Source: Oscillospiraceae bacterium
GTDB lineage: Bacteria; Bacillota; Clostridia; Oscillospirales; Ruminococcaceae
Assembly: GCA_015067175.1 (NCBI GenBank)
Contig: SVMX01000008.1
Span: 1,888-65,887 of the forward strand
DNA: 64,000 bases
Reading direction: 5' to 3'
In this document: one piece after another, positions 29,269 through 38,270 of the stretch
Numbering within the stretch: position 1 is the stretch's first letter
Layout of the letters: every line of letters begins with the position of its first letter
Position numbers and translations under genes: made by a program
The notes under the pieces: model-generated
What the model saw: only the letters and a program-made list of their open reading frames with translations
Told to the model about the DNA's origin: nothing
Database searches by the model: none

Positions 29269-30114
29269 ATGGAGTGGATAGAACGCCTTAACAGTGCGGT
29301 GAAATATATAGAAGACAACCTGTGCAAGGACATCGACCTAAACGAAGCGGCGAAGCTCGCCTGTTGTTCATCGTATAATTTCCAGCGAATGTTCACCTAT
29401 ATGGCGGGAGTAACTCTGTCGGAATATATCCGCAGAAGAAAAATGTCGCTTGCGGCAGTTGACCTGATGGACAGCGACAGCAAAGTTATCGACGTCGCGC
29501 TGAAATACGGCTATGATTCTCCGACTGCTTTTAACAGAGCGTTTAAGGCTATACACGCCATCGCACCCTCACAAGCAAAGGACGAGGGTGCAGTTATACG
29601 GGCATTTCCTCCGATAAGCTTCAAACTTACAATATCAGGAGTGTGTGAAATGACCTATCGCATTGAAAAGAAAGAACCGTTCAGAGTTATCGGCATATCG
29701 CGTCCTTTAGAAAAGGATATCGAAAGCAACTTCACTGTTGTGCCGAAAATGTGGGGCGAAGCTGCGGCAGACGGAACTATAGGAAAGCTTGCGGCACTTA
29801 TGAACTCTGCGCCTATGGGACTTCTTGGTGTCAGTGCCTGCGGCGACCCCGAGGATTGGCGCTATTTTATCGCAGTATCCAGTACAGCAGAGAATACGGG
29901 CTTTGAGGAATACACAGTGCCTGCCGCAGAATGGGCAATATTCAGCGGCGAGGGCACAAACACCTCGATACAAGAGCTTGAAAAGCGCATCGTCACAGAA
30001 TGGCTGCCCACATCAGGCTATGAATACGGACAAGCCCCCGACATCGAGGTGTATCTTAACCCCGACCCGCAAAATGCTAAGTTTGAGGTGTGGATACCTG
30101 TGGTGAAGAAATAA
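29269..30114 (+). CDS. AraC-family regulator with a GyrI-like domain
   Basis: YIRRRKMSLA, VALKYGYDS..AF.RAFK, C-terminal EVWIPV. Confidence 0.92.
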   Translation: MEWIERLNSAVKYIEDNLCKDIDLNEAAKLACCSSYNFQRMFTYMAGVTLSEYIRRRKMSLAAVDLMDSDSKVIDVALKYGYDSPTAFNRAFKAIHAIAPSQAKDEGAVIRAFPPISFKLTISGVCEMTYRIEKKEPFRVIGISRPLEKDIESNFTVVPKMWGEAAADGTIGKLAALMNSAPMGLLGVSACGDPEDWRYFIAVSSTAENTGFEEYTVPAAEWAIFSGEGTNTSIQELEKRIVTEWLPTSGYEYGQAPDIEVYLNPDPQNAKFEVWIPVVKK

Positions 30115-30298
30115 TTGTAAAGGACGGACTTTTCTCCGTCCTTTTTCTATAAAACGGTTGATAATAATGCATAAATTCAAAAAAATTCTTTACTTTTCCA
30201 AAGAATAGTGCTATAATGTATTATGTATTATTAGGATATGTCCGTTTTGAGAAAGCTATATAAAAATCAAGCTTTCGCGGACAAGAAAGGAAACGATC

Positions 30299-31369
30299 AT
30301 GAATATCAGAATCGAAAAGACAACTACCCCCAAGGCAAAGCCCACAGACGAGTCCAAGCTCGGATTCGGCAAGGTGTTCACAGACCATATGTTCATCATG
30401 GAATATGACACAGGCATGGGCTGGCACGATGCAAGAATAGTTCCCTATGGCGAGATATCGCTCTCTCCCGCCGCTATGGTTTTCCACTACGGTCAGGAGA
30501 TCTTCGAGGGCATGAAAGCTTACAGAACTCCCGATGGAAATATCCAGTTCTTCCGTCCCGAGGAGAACTTCAAGCGCCTTAATCAGTCCGCTGAAAGACT
30601 TGTTATCCCCGAGCTTCCCGTTGAGGACGCTCTGCAGGCTCTGCACGCTCTTGTTGAAGTGGACAAGGACTGGGTTCCCCACAACGACGGCGCTTCGCTG
30701 TATATCCGTCCCTTTATCATTGCAGTTGACCCGTTCCTCGGCGTTCGCCCCGGCGACAAGTATCTGTTTATGATAATCCTCTCCCCCTCCGGCGCTTACT
30801 ACAGCACAGGTCTTAACCCTGTTGACATCTATGTTGAAACAAACTATGTTCGCGCAGTAAAGGGCGGTATGGGCTACACCAAGACAGGCGGCAACTACGC
30901 TGCTTCTCTCGCAGGTCAGGACGAGGCTCACAAGCAGAACTACTCTCAGGTACTGTGGCTTGACGGCGTTGAGCGTAAGTACATCGAGGAAGTCGGCGCT
31001 ATGAACATCATGTTCGTTATCGACGGCGAGCTGGTTACTCCCGAGCTTCAGGGCTCTATCCTCCCCGGTATCACAAGAAAGTCCGTTCTTGAGCTTTGCA
31101 AGAAGTGGGGCATGAAGGTATCCGAGCGCAGAATTTCCATTCAGGAGATATCCGACGCTTATGACGCAGGCAAGCTTCAGGAGGTATTCGGTACAGGTAC
31201 AGCGGCAGTTATCTCCCCCGTTGGTCACCTCAAGTGGGGCGACAAGGTAATGGAGATCAACGGCAACAAAATCGGTGAGATCTCTCAGAAGCTGTATGAC
31301 ACCATGACAGGTATGCAGTATGGCAAGCTTGCTGACGAAATGGGTTGGATCGTTAAGCTGAATGGTTGA
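30299..31369 (+). CDS. ilvE: Branched-chain amino acid aminotransferase
   Basis: LGFGKVFTDHM, HYGQEIFEGMKAY, KTGGNY, EEVGAMN, ILPGITR, GTAAVISP. Confidence 0.97.
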   Translation: MNIRIEKTTTPKAKPTDESKLGFGKVFTDHMFIMEYDTGMGWHDARIVPYGEISLSPAAMVFHYGQEIFEGMKAYRTPDGNIQFFRPEENFKRLNQSAERLVIPELPVEDALQALHALVEVDKDWVPHNDGASLYIRPFIIAVDPFLGVRPGDKYLFMIILSPSGAYYSTGLNPVDIYVETNYVRAVKGGMGYTKTGGNYAASLAGQDEAHKQNYSQVLWLDGVERKYIEEVGAMNIMFVIDGELVTPELQGSILPGITRKSVLELCKKWGMKVSERRISIQEISDAYDAGKLQEVFGTGTAAVISPVGHLKWGDKVMEINGNKIGEISQKLYDTMTGMQYGKLADEMGWIVKLNG

Positions 31370-31400
31370 TATGCATTAAGCTGTTAAGGAGAAAAGCACT

Positions 31401-31958
31401 ATGAGATACAGAGCTTTGGCGGCAGCGCTTGTTGCTATGCTTATGCTTTCGGGCTGCGGTAACAGCGGAACTTCTTCGACAACTTCATCGACCGATTTGA
31501 CTTCTGCCTCTGTGAACAGTGAGGACGAGGCATTTTTCCGACAAATGTATGCCGACGATCTGTGCGACAAATACAATCAGCTCCTCATTGATCAGGAAGC
31601 ATTTTTTGAGGCTAATAATAATTCTAATAATGCGGTAGATGTGCAGGAGCTAGATGTCGATGCTTTTTTTGCAGCAGCAGAAAAGTGCATTTCTACGCTT
31701 GAGGCTATTATTGCTATCGAGTCGCCCGAATCGCTTGCTTATTATCATGAGCAGGTGATCAAAGGTGCTCAGTACGAAATAAAGTTTCTTAACAGCGTGA
31801 TACAAGCGTCCAAGTACGACTTAGGCAAGTTAGATCTGAGTGCGCAGGAGGTAGAAGAGCTTCAGGCATTCTTTGCGGAATACACCGAAGCTGAAACCAA
31901 CCTCTTTGTTGACGCTTATAGTGCGGCGATGGAAGCTGCGGCAGGAATCGTTCAATAG
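31401..31958 (+). CDS. Lipoprotein, unknown function
   Basis: Lipobox LSGC, Ser/Thr linker, acidic helical body. Confidence 0.75.
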   Translation: MRYRALAAALVAMLMLSGCGNSGTSSTTSSTDLTSASVNSEDEAFFRQMYADDLCDKYNQLLIDQEAFFEANNNSNNAVDVQELDVDAFFAAAEKCISTLEAIIAIESPESLAYYHEQVIKGAQYEIKFLNSVIQASKYDLGKLDLSAQEVEELQAFFAEYTEAETNLFVDAYSAAMEAAAGIVQ

Positions 31959-31978
31959 TAATTTTCAAGAGGAAGTTT

Positions 31979-32461
31979 ATGAAAAAAGCTTTGTGGGCAA
32001 TCTCGTTTTTGCTGATACTGTTGGTTGGCGGCTGTGCAGGCGGCACACCGCTTACTAAGCAGGAATATTTCGACGCGGTACAAGACAGCATTACTGCATA
32101 TACAGCGGCAACGTGGGATATTGCTGAGCCGCTTTATGAGTACGAGATAAACGGAACTCCCTTTGACAAGGAAGAACTTCACGCAATATCTCAGAATGCG
32201 GAAAGCATGCTACTGAAAATAAAAACGCTAGTCCCTCCTCAGGAATATAGCGGATATCATGACAAGCTATGCGATGGTGTTGATTCTATTTTGCCATGGT
32301 TTGATGCGCTGGATACAGCGCTTAATGCCGCAAGTAAGACAGAGTTTTCTCAGGCGGGTGTTAAAATGCGGGAAGCAAGCGAAAAATCAACACTCCTTTC
32401 TGAGTGGACGGAGTTCGTGATTGCTGTGAGCGATGAAGTTGAGCTGAAGCCACCGGCGTAA
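31979..32461 (+). CDS. Lipoprotein, unknown function
   Basis: Lipobox VGGC, helical body with a PP.....YH motif. Confidence 0.75.
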   Translation: MKKALWAISFLLILLVGGCAGGTPLTKQEYFDAVQDSITAYTAATWDIAEPLYEYEINGTPFDKEELHAISQNAESMLLKIKTLVPPQEYSGYHDKLCDGVDSILPWFDALDTALNAASKTEFSQAGVKMREASEKSTLLSEWTEFVIAVSDEVELKPPA

Positions 32462-32481
32462 TTGCACTATTTTGTTAATAA

Positions 32482-32505
32482 TGTTCCCTCATGCCACGAG
32501 GGACA
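32482..32505 (+). promoter_or_regulatory. Anticodon-stem-loop-like hairpin (loop AUGCCAC) immediately 5' of the glyQS RBS
   Basis: TCCCTC-ATGCCAC-GAGGGA: 6-bp stem with a 7-nt loop carrying U-GCC-A. Confidence 0.55.
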
Positions 32506-32524
32506 ATGAAAGGAAATAAAAAAC

Positions 32525-33904
32525 ATGATAAACACAGAAAAGACACTTGAAAAGATCGTTGCCCTGTGCAAGGGCAGAGGCTTTGTATATCCCGGCAGTG
32601 AGATATACGGCGGCCTTGCAAACACATGGGACTACGGCCCTCTCGGTGCTGTTCTCAAGGACAACATCAAGAACGCGTGGAAGAAGAAGTTCATTCAGGA
32701 GAGCAAGTACAACGTTGGTCTTGACTCCGCTATTCTGATGAATCCCCAGACCTGGGTAGCTTCGGGCCACGTTGGCGGCTTCTCCGACCCTCTGATGGAC
32801 TGCAAGGACTGTAAGACACGTCACCGTGCTGACAAGCTTATCGAGGACTTCGGCGAAACAGACGCTAACGGCTGGGACAACAATCAGATGATGACCTATA
32901 TCAAGGAAAAGGAGATCTGCTGTCCCAACTGCGGAAGCAAGAACTTCACCGATATCCGTCAGTTCAACCTGATGTTCAAAACATTCCAGGGCGTTACAGA
33001 GGACAGCAAGAACGAGATCTATCTCCGTCCCGAAACCGCACAGGGTATCTTCGTAAACTTTGCAAATATCCAGAGAACAAGCCGTAAAAAGGTTCCTTTC
33101 GGCGTTGCACAGGTTGGTAAGTCCTTCCGTAACGAGATCACTCCCGGTCAGTTCATCTTCCGTGTAAGAGAGTTTGAGCAGATGGAGCTTGAGTTCTTCT
33201 GCAAGCCCGGCACTGACCTCGAATGGTTCGACTACTGGAGAACATACTGCAAGAACTTCCTTATCGACCTCGGTCTTAAGGAGGAAAATCTCCGTCTGCG
33301 TGACCACTCCCCCGAGGAGCTTTGCTTCTACTCCAAGGCGACAACAGACTTTGAGTTCCTTTATCCGTTCGGCTGGGGCGAGCTTTGGGGTATCGCTGAC
33401 AGAACAGACTACGACCTCACACAGCACCAGAACACAAGCGGCAAGAGCCTTGAATACTTCGATCCCGAAACAAACGAGAAGTATATTCCCTACGTTATCG
33501 AGCCGTCGCTCGGCGTAGAGCGTCTGTTCCTCGCTATCGTTTGCGACGCTTACGACGAAGAGGCTCTCGAGGACGGCACAACCAGAACAGTAATGCACCT
33601 GCACCCCGCACTTGCACCTGTAAAGGCTGCTATCCTGCCCCTTTCCAAGAAGCTTTCCGACAAGGCTACCGAGCTTTACGAGGAGCTTGCTAAGTACTTC
33701 CCCGTTGATTTCGACGAGGCAGGCGCTATCGGCAAGCGCTACCGCAGACAGGACGAGATCGGAACACCTTTCTGTGTTACCATCGACTTCGACACCGTTG
33801 AAAAGGATAACTGCGTAACAGTTCGTGAGCGCGACACCATGGAGCAGGTTAGAATCCCGATCTCCGAGGTAAAGGCTTACATCGAAGAAAGAACATTCTT
33901 CTGA
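32525..33904 (+). CDS. glyQS: Glycine--tRNA ligase, alpha2 (homodimeric) type
   Basis: [52 protein letters not shown]. Confidence 0.97.
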   Translation: MINTEKTLEKIVALCKGRGFVYPGSEIYGGLANTWDYGPLGAVLKDNIKNAWKKKFIQESKYNVGLDSAILMNPQTWVASGHVGGFSDPLMDCKDCKTRHRADKLIEDFGETDANGWDNNQMMTYIKEKEICCPNCGSKNFTDIRQFNLMFKTFQGVTEDSKNEIYLRPETAQGIFVNFANIQRTSRKKVPFGVAQVGKSFRNEITPGQFIFRVREFEQMELEFFCKPGTDLEWFDYWRTYCKNFLIDLGLKEENLRLRDHSPEELCFYSKATTDFEFLYPFGWGELWGIADRTDYDLTQHQNTSGKSLEYFDPETNEKYIPYVIEPSLGVERLFLAIVCDAYDEEALEDGTTRTVMHLHPALAPVKAAILPLSKKLSDKATELYEELAKYFPVDFDEAGAIGKRYRRQDEIGTPFCVTIDFDTVEKDNCVTVRERDTMEQVRIPISEVKAYIEERTFF

Positions 33905-33920
33905 TAAAAAACAGAATATG

Positions 33921-33990
33921 AAAATACCCGACTTGGCTTTAAGTCGGGTATTTTTCGTAAACAAAAAAGCGGCGGGAAGACCCGTCGCTT
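33921..33990. terminator. Two back-to-back terminators (glyQS on +, ferredoxin on -)
   Basis: AAAATACCCGACTT/AAGTCGGGTATTTT and AAGCGGCGGG/CCCGTCGCTT. Confidence 0.7.
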
Positions 33991-34012
33991 AATGCAGCCG
34001 AAGCTATAAGTA

Positions 34013-34183
34013 TTAGCCCTCTACAGGAGCGCCAACAGGGCAAGAGCCTGCGCAAGCGCCGCAGTCGATGCAAGCGTCAGCGTCGATAACGTACTTGCCG
34101 TCACCCTCAGAGATAGCGTTTACGGGGCAGTCACCTGCGCAAGCGCCGCAAGCGATGCACTCATCGTTGATTACATATGCCAT
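34013..34183 (-). CDS. fdx: Clostridial 2[4Fe-4S] ferredoxin (56 aa, absent from the ORF track)
   Basis: Hand translation MAYVINDECIACGACAGDCPVNAISEGDGKYVIDADACIDCGACAGSCPVGAPVEG: two CxxCxxCxxxCP motifs; AAGGAGG RBS. Confidence 0.97.
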   Translation of the reverse strand: MAYVINDECIACGACAGDCPVNAISEGDGKYVIDADACIDCGACAGSCPVGAPVEG

Positions 34184-34407
34184 TGTAGTTTACCTCCTTA
34201 ATTAGTTCGGGAAGCTTTAAATTCCCCTTTATATATTGTATCACATTTTACGAAAAAATCAAGTGTTTATTTTTACAAATAAAAATCGAAATTATGTGAA
34301 ATACAGACAAAGGCATAACTAACTCGATTTATCTAACTAAAGTCAGCCAAAGTTGACTTATAATGCGGTTTTACAGCGTTTTATTATGCAAAGCCTGTGT
34401 CTTTCTT

Positions 34408-34743
34408 TTATCGTTTTTCAAACTTTAAATACATTCCGCTATTGTTCATGGTAATAAAACCATCGTCAAACGTATAGTTTACCCCGTCAACGACAAGCTT
34501 GCCGCTGTCATACGACCATGTGCTTTGCGCCGTGCCATCGCTCGTTGTAAGGGTAACCGTACCATCGGAATTTAGCTGCATTTCAATAAAGCCAACATCA
34601 TCGACATTAACGCTTTCGCCATCAACAGCAGCGCCTGTCAGCTCCCATGTGCCCACAAGCGCGCCTTTGTCATCACAGCCCGACAGTTGTATAACGCATA
34701 GCACGCACAGCAGAATAACAGCAATTCTTTTGAAAAACATCAT
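34408..34743 (-). CDS. Lipoprotein, lipocalin-like beta domain
   Basis: Lipobox LSGC, LVGTWEL, L.SDGT, TWSY. Confidence 0.7.
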   Translation of the reverse strand: MMFFKRIAVILLCVLCVIQLSGCDDKGALVGTWELTGAAVDGESVNVDDVGFIEMQLNSDGTVTLTTSDGTAQSTWSYDSGKLVVDGVNYTFDDGFITMNNSGMYLKFEKR

Positions 34744-34750
34744 TTTCACA

Positions 34751-35788
34751 TTAATTATCCTCAAGATTTTTGAGCGCTTTAAGTTCATCGCGGCTAAGAC
34801 GTACCTGTCCGTCCTTAATGACCTTTACCTCGTCCTTTTTAACAACACAGGGAACATCGGGCTTCTTGTCAAGCTTAACTTTCAGTATTCCCGTAAGGAG
34901 GTTTACCTCCTCGACGTGACCTCTGCCCTCCTCTGTTTCAACATACGCGCCTACCTTGGGAGTTGTGCGCAGGAAGTCCTCATAGCAGTTCTGCTCATAC
35001 TTAAGGCAGCACATAAGTCTGCCGCAGGTGCCCGATATCTTTGTGGGATTGAGCGACAGCGACTGCTCCTTTGCCATCTTGATAGACACAGGCTGAAACT
35101 CGCCGAGGAAGCTTGAGCAGCAAAACGGTCTGCCGCAGATACCAAGTCCGCCCAGCATCTTTGCCTCATCGCGCACGCCTATCTGACGAAGCTCAATTCT
35201 TGTGCGGTAGATGCCCGCAAGGTCTTTTACAAGCTCGCGGAAATCCACTCTGCCGTCAGAGGTGAAATAAAACAGTATCTTGCTGCCGTCAAAGGTGCAG
35301 TCAACATCTATCGGCTTCATGTCAAGCTTATGCAGCGCTATCTTTTCGGAAAACACCTGCATTATCTCTTTTTCCTTGGCGCGGTTTTCATGAAGCTGCT
35401 TTTCGTCCTGAGGCGTAGCCTTGCGCATTATGCTTTTAAGAGGAGATACTGTTCTGCTCTCTGGAACCATGCGGTTTGTAAGAACTATCTCGCCGCACTC
35501 GACTCCGCGAGCCGTTTCAACTATCGCCATCTCGCCCTGCTCGAACTGTATTCCGCTAGGCGAGAAATAATACACCTTGCCAACGTCCTTGAAGCGTATG
35601 CCGATTATCTCAACCTCTGCTCCGCTGTCAGCAACAGGAGCGTCGTTTCGCTGCTCCTTGGGACGACGGTCGTGACGAGGCTTGTCATGCCTGTCGCGAT
35701 GAGGCTTTTCTGCCTTTGCTTCAGGCTCTATCTCGGCATTTTCAGGCTTATTCTTCGGTGCTATCTTTTCGGTAAAGTAGTTATCCAT
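34751..35788 (-). CDS. ricT: PSP1-domain protein RicT (YaaT)
   Basis: RVDFRELVK, RIELRQIGVRDEA, CGR..CC, KISG.CGRLMCCL.YE. Confidence 0.93.
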   Translation of the reverse strand: MDNYFTEKIAPKNKPENAEIEPEAKAEKPHRDRHDKPRHDRRPKEQRNDAPVADSGAEVEIIGIRFKDVGKVYYFSPSGIQFEQGEMAIVETARGVECGEIVLTNRMVPESRTVSPLKSIMRKATPQDEKQLHENRAKEKEIMQVFSEKIALHKLDMKPIDVDCTFDGSKILFYFTSDGRVDFRELVKDLAGIYRTRIELRQIGVRDEAKMLGGLGICGRPFCCSSFLGEFQPVSIKMAKEQSLSLNPTKISGTCGRLMCCLKYEQNCYEDFLRTTPKVGAYVETEEGRGHVEEVNLLTGILKVKLDKKPDVPCVVKKDEVKVIKDGQVRLSRDELKALKNLEDN

Positions 35789-35819
35789 TATACTCCTTTT
35801 GGGACATATTCGTCCTCGT

Positions 35820-36785
35820 TTATATTAATTTTGATGTCAGATAAGACGCTGTAAGCGCCATGTTTATGTTAAATCCCGTATCTGCCGTCACTTTAAAGAC
35901 CGCATCCAGCATATCCAACAGCCGCTCCTCGCTGTATACCTCTGCAAGGCGCTTTGCCTGCTGCTTCGCACAGGAGGAAAGCTCCCCTCCGCAACGACAG
36001 CTCAGCGCGTCACGCAGTATTTCGGTGAGATATCCAAGCACCGCGGAAAACTCAGCTCTGCCGCTCTGCTCTGCAAGCACTGCCGCAGCAGTAAAACCGT
36101 CCTTATCCGCAATCGCGGCAGCGGCTCTGCCTGCACAGTCCATAAACGGCGTGTCACCGCCGCCCGAAAGCACATCAAGGCATTTCCCGATGTTGCCCGA
36201 AAGCGCGTCGGCAAGCTCGTTAGCCTTGTCGGCAGGCGTTCCCTGCTCAATAAGGCACTGCGCACATTCCTGCACTGAGCTTTTCGGCACATCAAGGTCG
36301 GTCACTCTGGAGCGTATCGTTTCGATTATCGGGTCGGTGCTTTCACAAGTGAAAACAAATCTCAAAAACGGCGCAGGCTCTTCGATAATCTTCAAAAGCG
36401 TATTCTGAAGCTGCACGGACATCTCGTCGGCGTCCTCGAAAACATATATCTTGATATCGCCGTCATTCGGCTTTACCACTATGCTTTCCATAACGCGCCG
36501 CATTGATACAAGTCCGCCCTTGCCTGTTTCGTCAAGGTTGTATTTTCCGCCGCACTCGCGCTTTACAAAAATGATATCGGGGTGAGCGTCAGCGTCTATT
36601 TTCGTGCAAGTGGGGCAAGTGCCGCACGGCGATTTCCCGCACAAAAACAGCTTTGCAATATATCTCGCCATGACCCGCCTGCCCGTGCCGCGCTCGCCGC
36701 ACAAAAGAATTGCATGCGGAAGTCTGTTTGCGGCAGCGTAGTTGTCAAGGCGCTGCTTTAATCTGTCTTTTCCGTAAAGGCGCAT
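35820..36785 (-). CDS. holB: DNA polymerase III delta' subunit
   Basis: HAILL.G..G.G, Zn motif C...PCG.C..C, HPD, QNTLLK.IEEP, TIRSR. Confidence 0.88.
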   Translation of the reverse strand: MRLYGKDRLKQRLDNYAAANRLPHAILLCGERGTGRRVMARYIAKLFLCGKSPCGTCPTCTKIDADAHPDIIFVKRECGGKYNLDETGKGGLVSMRRVMESIVVKPNDGDIKIYVFEDADEMSVQLQNTLLKIIEEPAPFLRFVFTCESTDPIIETIRSRVTDLDVPKSSVQECAQCLIEQGTPADKANELADALSGNIGKCLDVLSGGGDTPFMDCAGRAAAAIADKDGFTAAAVLAEQSGRAEFSAVLGYLTEILRDALSCRCGGELSSCAKQQAKRLAEVYSEERLLDMLDAVFKVTADTGFNINMALTASYLTSKLI

Positions 36786-37108
36786 TATACCTTCTCAAAT
36801 CTTTCTATGTTTGTAACAAACACAGTCGCGCCGCCGACAGAAACCTCCACAGGGAAGCTTGCGTAGCTGCCCATGCCGTAGCTTGCGGAATTAGGCACAA
36901 ACTGCTTGCGCTTGTGGCTGTGCTTTTTGATGGTGTCGATAACCTCGTCGGTCTTGTCGTCCTCAGAGCATATCATAAACGTTGTGTTACCCGCCATGAG
37001 AAAGCCGCCTGTAGAAGCAAGCTTTGTCGCCTGAAAGCCCGCCTTTGTGAGCGCGGTCGAAACAGCATGGCTGTCATCATTATTTACTATAGCAAATACA
37101 AGTTTCAT
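36785..37108 (-). CDS. darA: PII-like c-di-AMP receptor (DarA/PstA)
   Basis: TKLASTGGFL.AGNTTF, VGGATVFV; conserved position upstream of holB-ricT. Confidence 0.92.
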   Translation of the reverse strand: MKLVFAIVNNDDSHAVSTALTKAGFQATKLASTGGFLMAGNTTFMICSEDDKTDEVIDTIKKHSHKRKQFVPNSASYGMGSYASFPVEVSVGGATVFVTNIERFEKV

Positions 37109-37304
37109 ATCATTCTCTCCCGTATGAAAAATAGGGGCTATTCCGCTGTATACTATTATAACCTATTCACGCAAAAATTGCAACTGTTTTATGCTGTGCC
37201 TTTACAGGGTTGACAAGTGTCAAAAAACTTGTTATAATTAAAATATCAAAGACGAAGCTTAGGCGGTAAGCCGCCTGTTTATTTCGAAAGGACGGTAAAT
37301 AACA

Positions 37305-37682
37305 ATGGGCAAGTTCGCTATCAAAAAGACAAACACAGGCTTCACCATCAGCCTCAAGGCAGGCAACGGCGAGGTTATCGGTATCGGCGGTGAAGTATTC
37401 AACACTCTCGCAAGCGCAAAGAACAGCATCGAGAGCATCAAGACAAACGCCCCCATCGCTAACGTTGAAGACCAGACAACAGAGGGCTTTGAAGCTGCAA
37501 AGTGCCCCAAGTTTGAGATCTACAAGGACAACGCAGGCGAGTTCCGCTTCCGTCTTAAGGCAAGAAACGGCGAGCCTATCCTCGCAAGCGAGGGCTACAA
37601 GGCTAAGGCAAGCTGCGAAAACGGCATCGAAAGTGTACGCAAGAACGCTCCCGACGCTGCTGTAGAGGAGCCCGAGGCTTAA
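37305..37682 (+). CDS. YegP/DUF1508 family protein (tandem repeat)
   Basis: LKA.NGE.I and S..NGI.S.. motifs each occur twice. Confidence 0.9.
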   Translation: MGKFAIKKTNTGFTISLKAGNGEVIGIGGEVFNTLASAKNSIESIKTNAPIANVEDQTTEGFEAAKCPKFEIYKDNAGEFRFRLKARNGEPILASEGYKAKASCENGIESVRKNAPDAAVEEPEA

Positions 37683-37791
37683 TGATTCTTAAATAAAAAT
37701 CAGCCGATCTTGTCAAAAAACAAGGTCGGCTGTTCTATTTTGCAATATAAAAAACGGCTTTTGGCGTGACCGTCAAAAGCCGTTTCTTTAA

Positions 37792-38247
37792 TTACTTATT
37801 TTCCTTGTTTGCAGCATCCATCTTGCTCTTGTGCTCCATAGCAAGGAGATTTACCTCAAACGGGGTAAATACCTTTGTACACTCCTTGCTTCCGGGGTTA
37901 AGCAGCGCTGTCTTACCCTTGATTGCATTGAAAAGCCTTACCGTGCTCATCTTCATGCAGTTGAAGCTCTTCTTCTGGGGTCCTGCAAGAACCCTCATTT
38001 TGGATGGCGATGTAAAGAACGGAATAGCCTTGTGACCGTCCTTATTAGTAGCGGAGAGAACATTCAGCATACGGTTGCCGTTTGCATCAACCTGATTTGT
38101 GAACTGAGCCACAACAAAGACATCAGCGCCCATAAGCTCGGGAAGAACGTCCTTCCACTTGCTGTCATCCTCTACAGCGGCAGCGATCTTTTCCTCAAGC
38201 TCCTTGTTAATTACCTGGAGTTCTTCTGGTGTAAGCGGATTAGCCAT
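37792..38247 (-). CDS. SseB-family protein
   Basis: AIPFFTS and LNPG motifs; directly downstream of thrS. Confidence 0.6.
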   Translation of the reverse strand: MANPLTPEELQVINKELEEKIAAAVEDDSKWKDVLPELMGADVFVVAQFTNQVDANGNRMLNVLSATNKDGHKAIPFFTSPSKMRVLAGPQKKSFNCMKMSTVRLFNAIKGKTALLNPGSKECTKVFTPFEVNLLAMEHKSKMDAANKENK

Positions 38248-38270
38248 GATTTTTTTCACCTTTCATTTTA

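Noticed and set aside
32482-32505. tRNA-Gly gene or integration-site remnant
   Set aside because: Only an anticodon-arm-like hairpin; no D arm, T arm (GTTC), acceptor stem or integrase.
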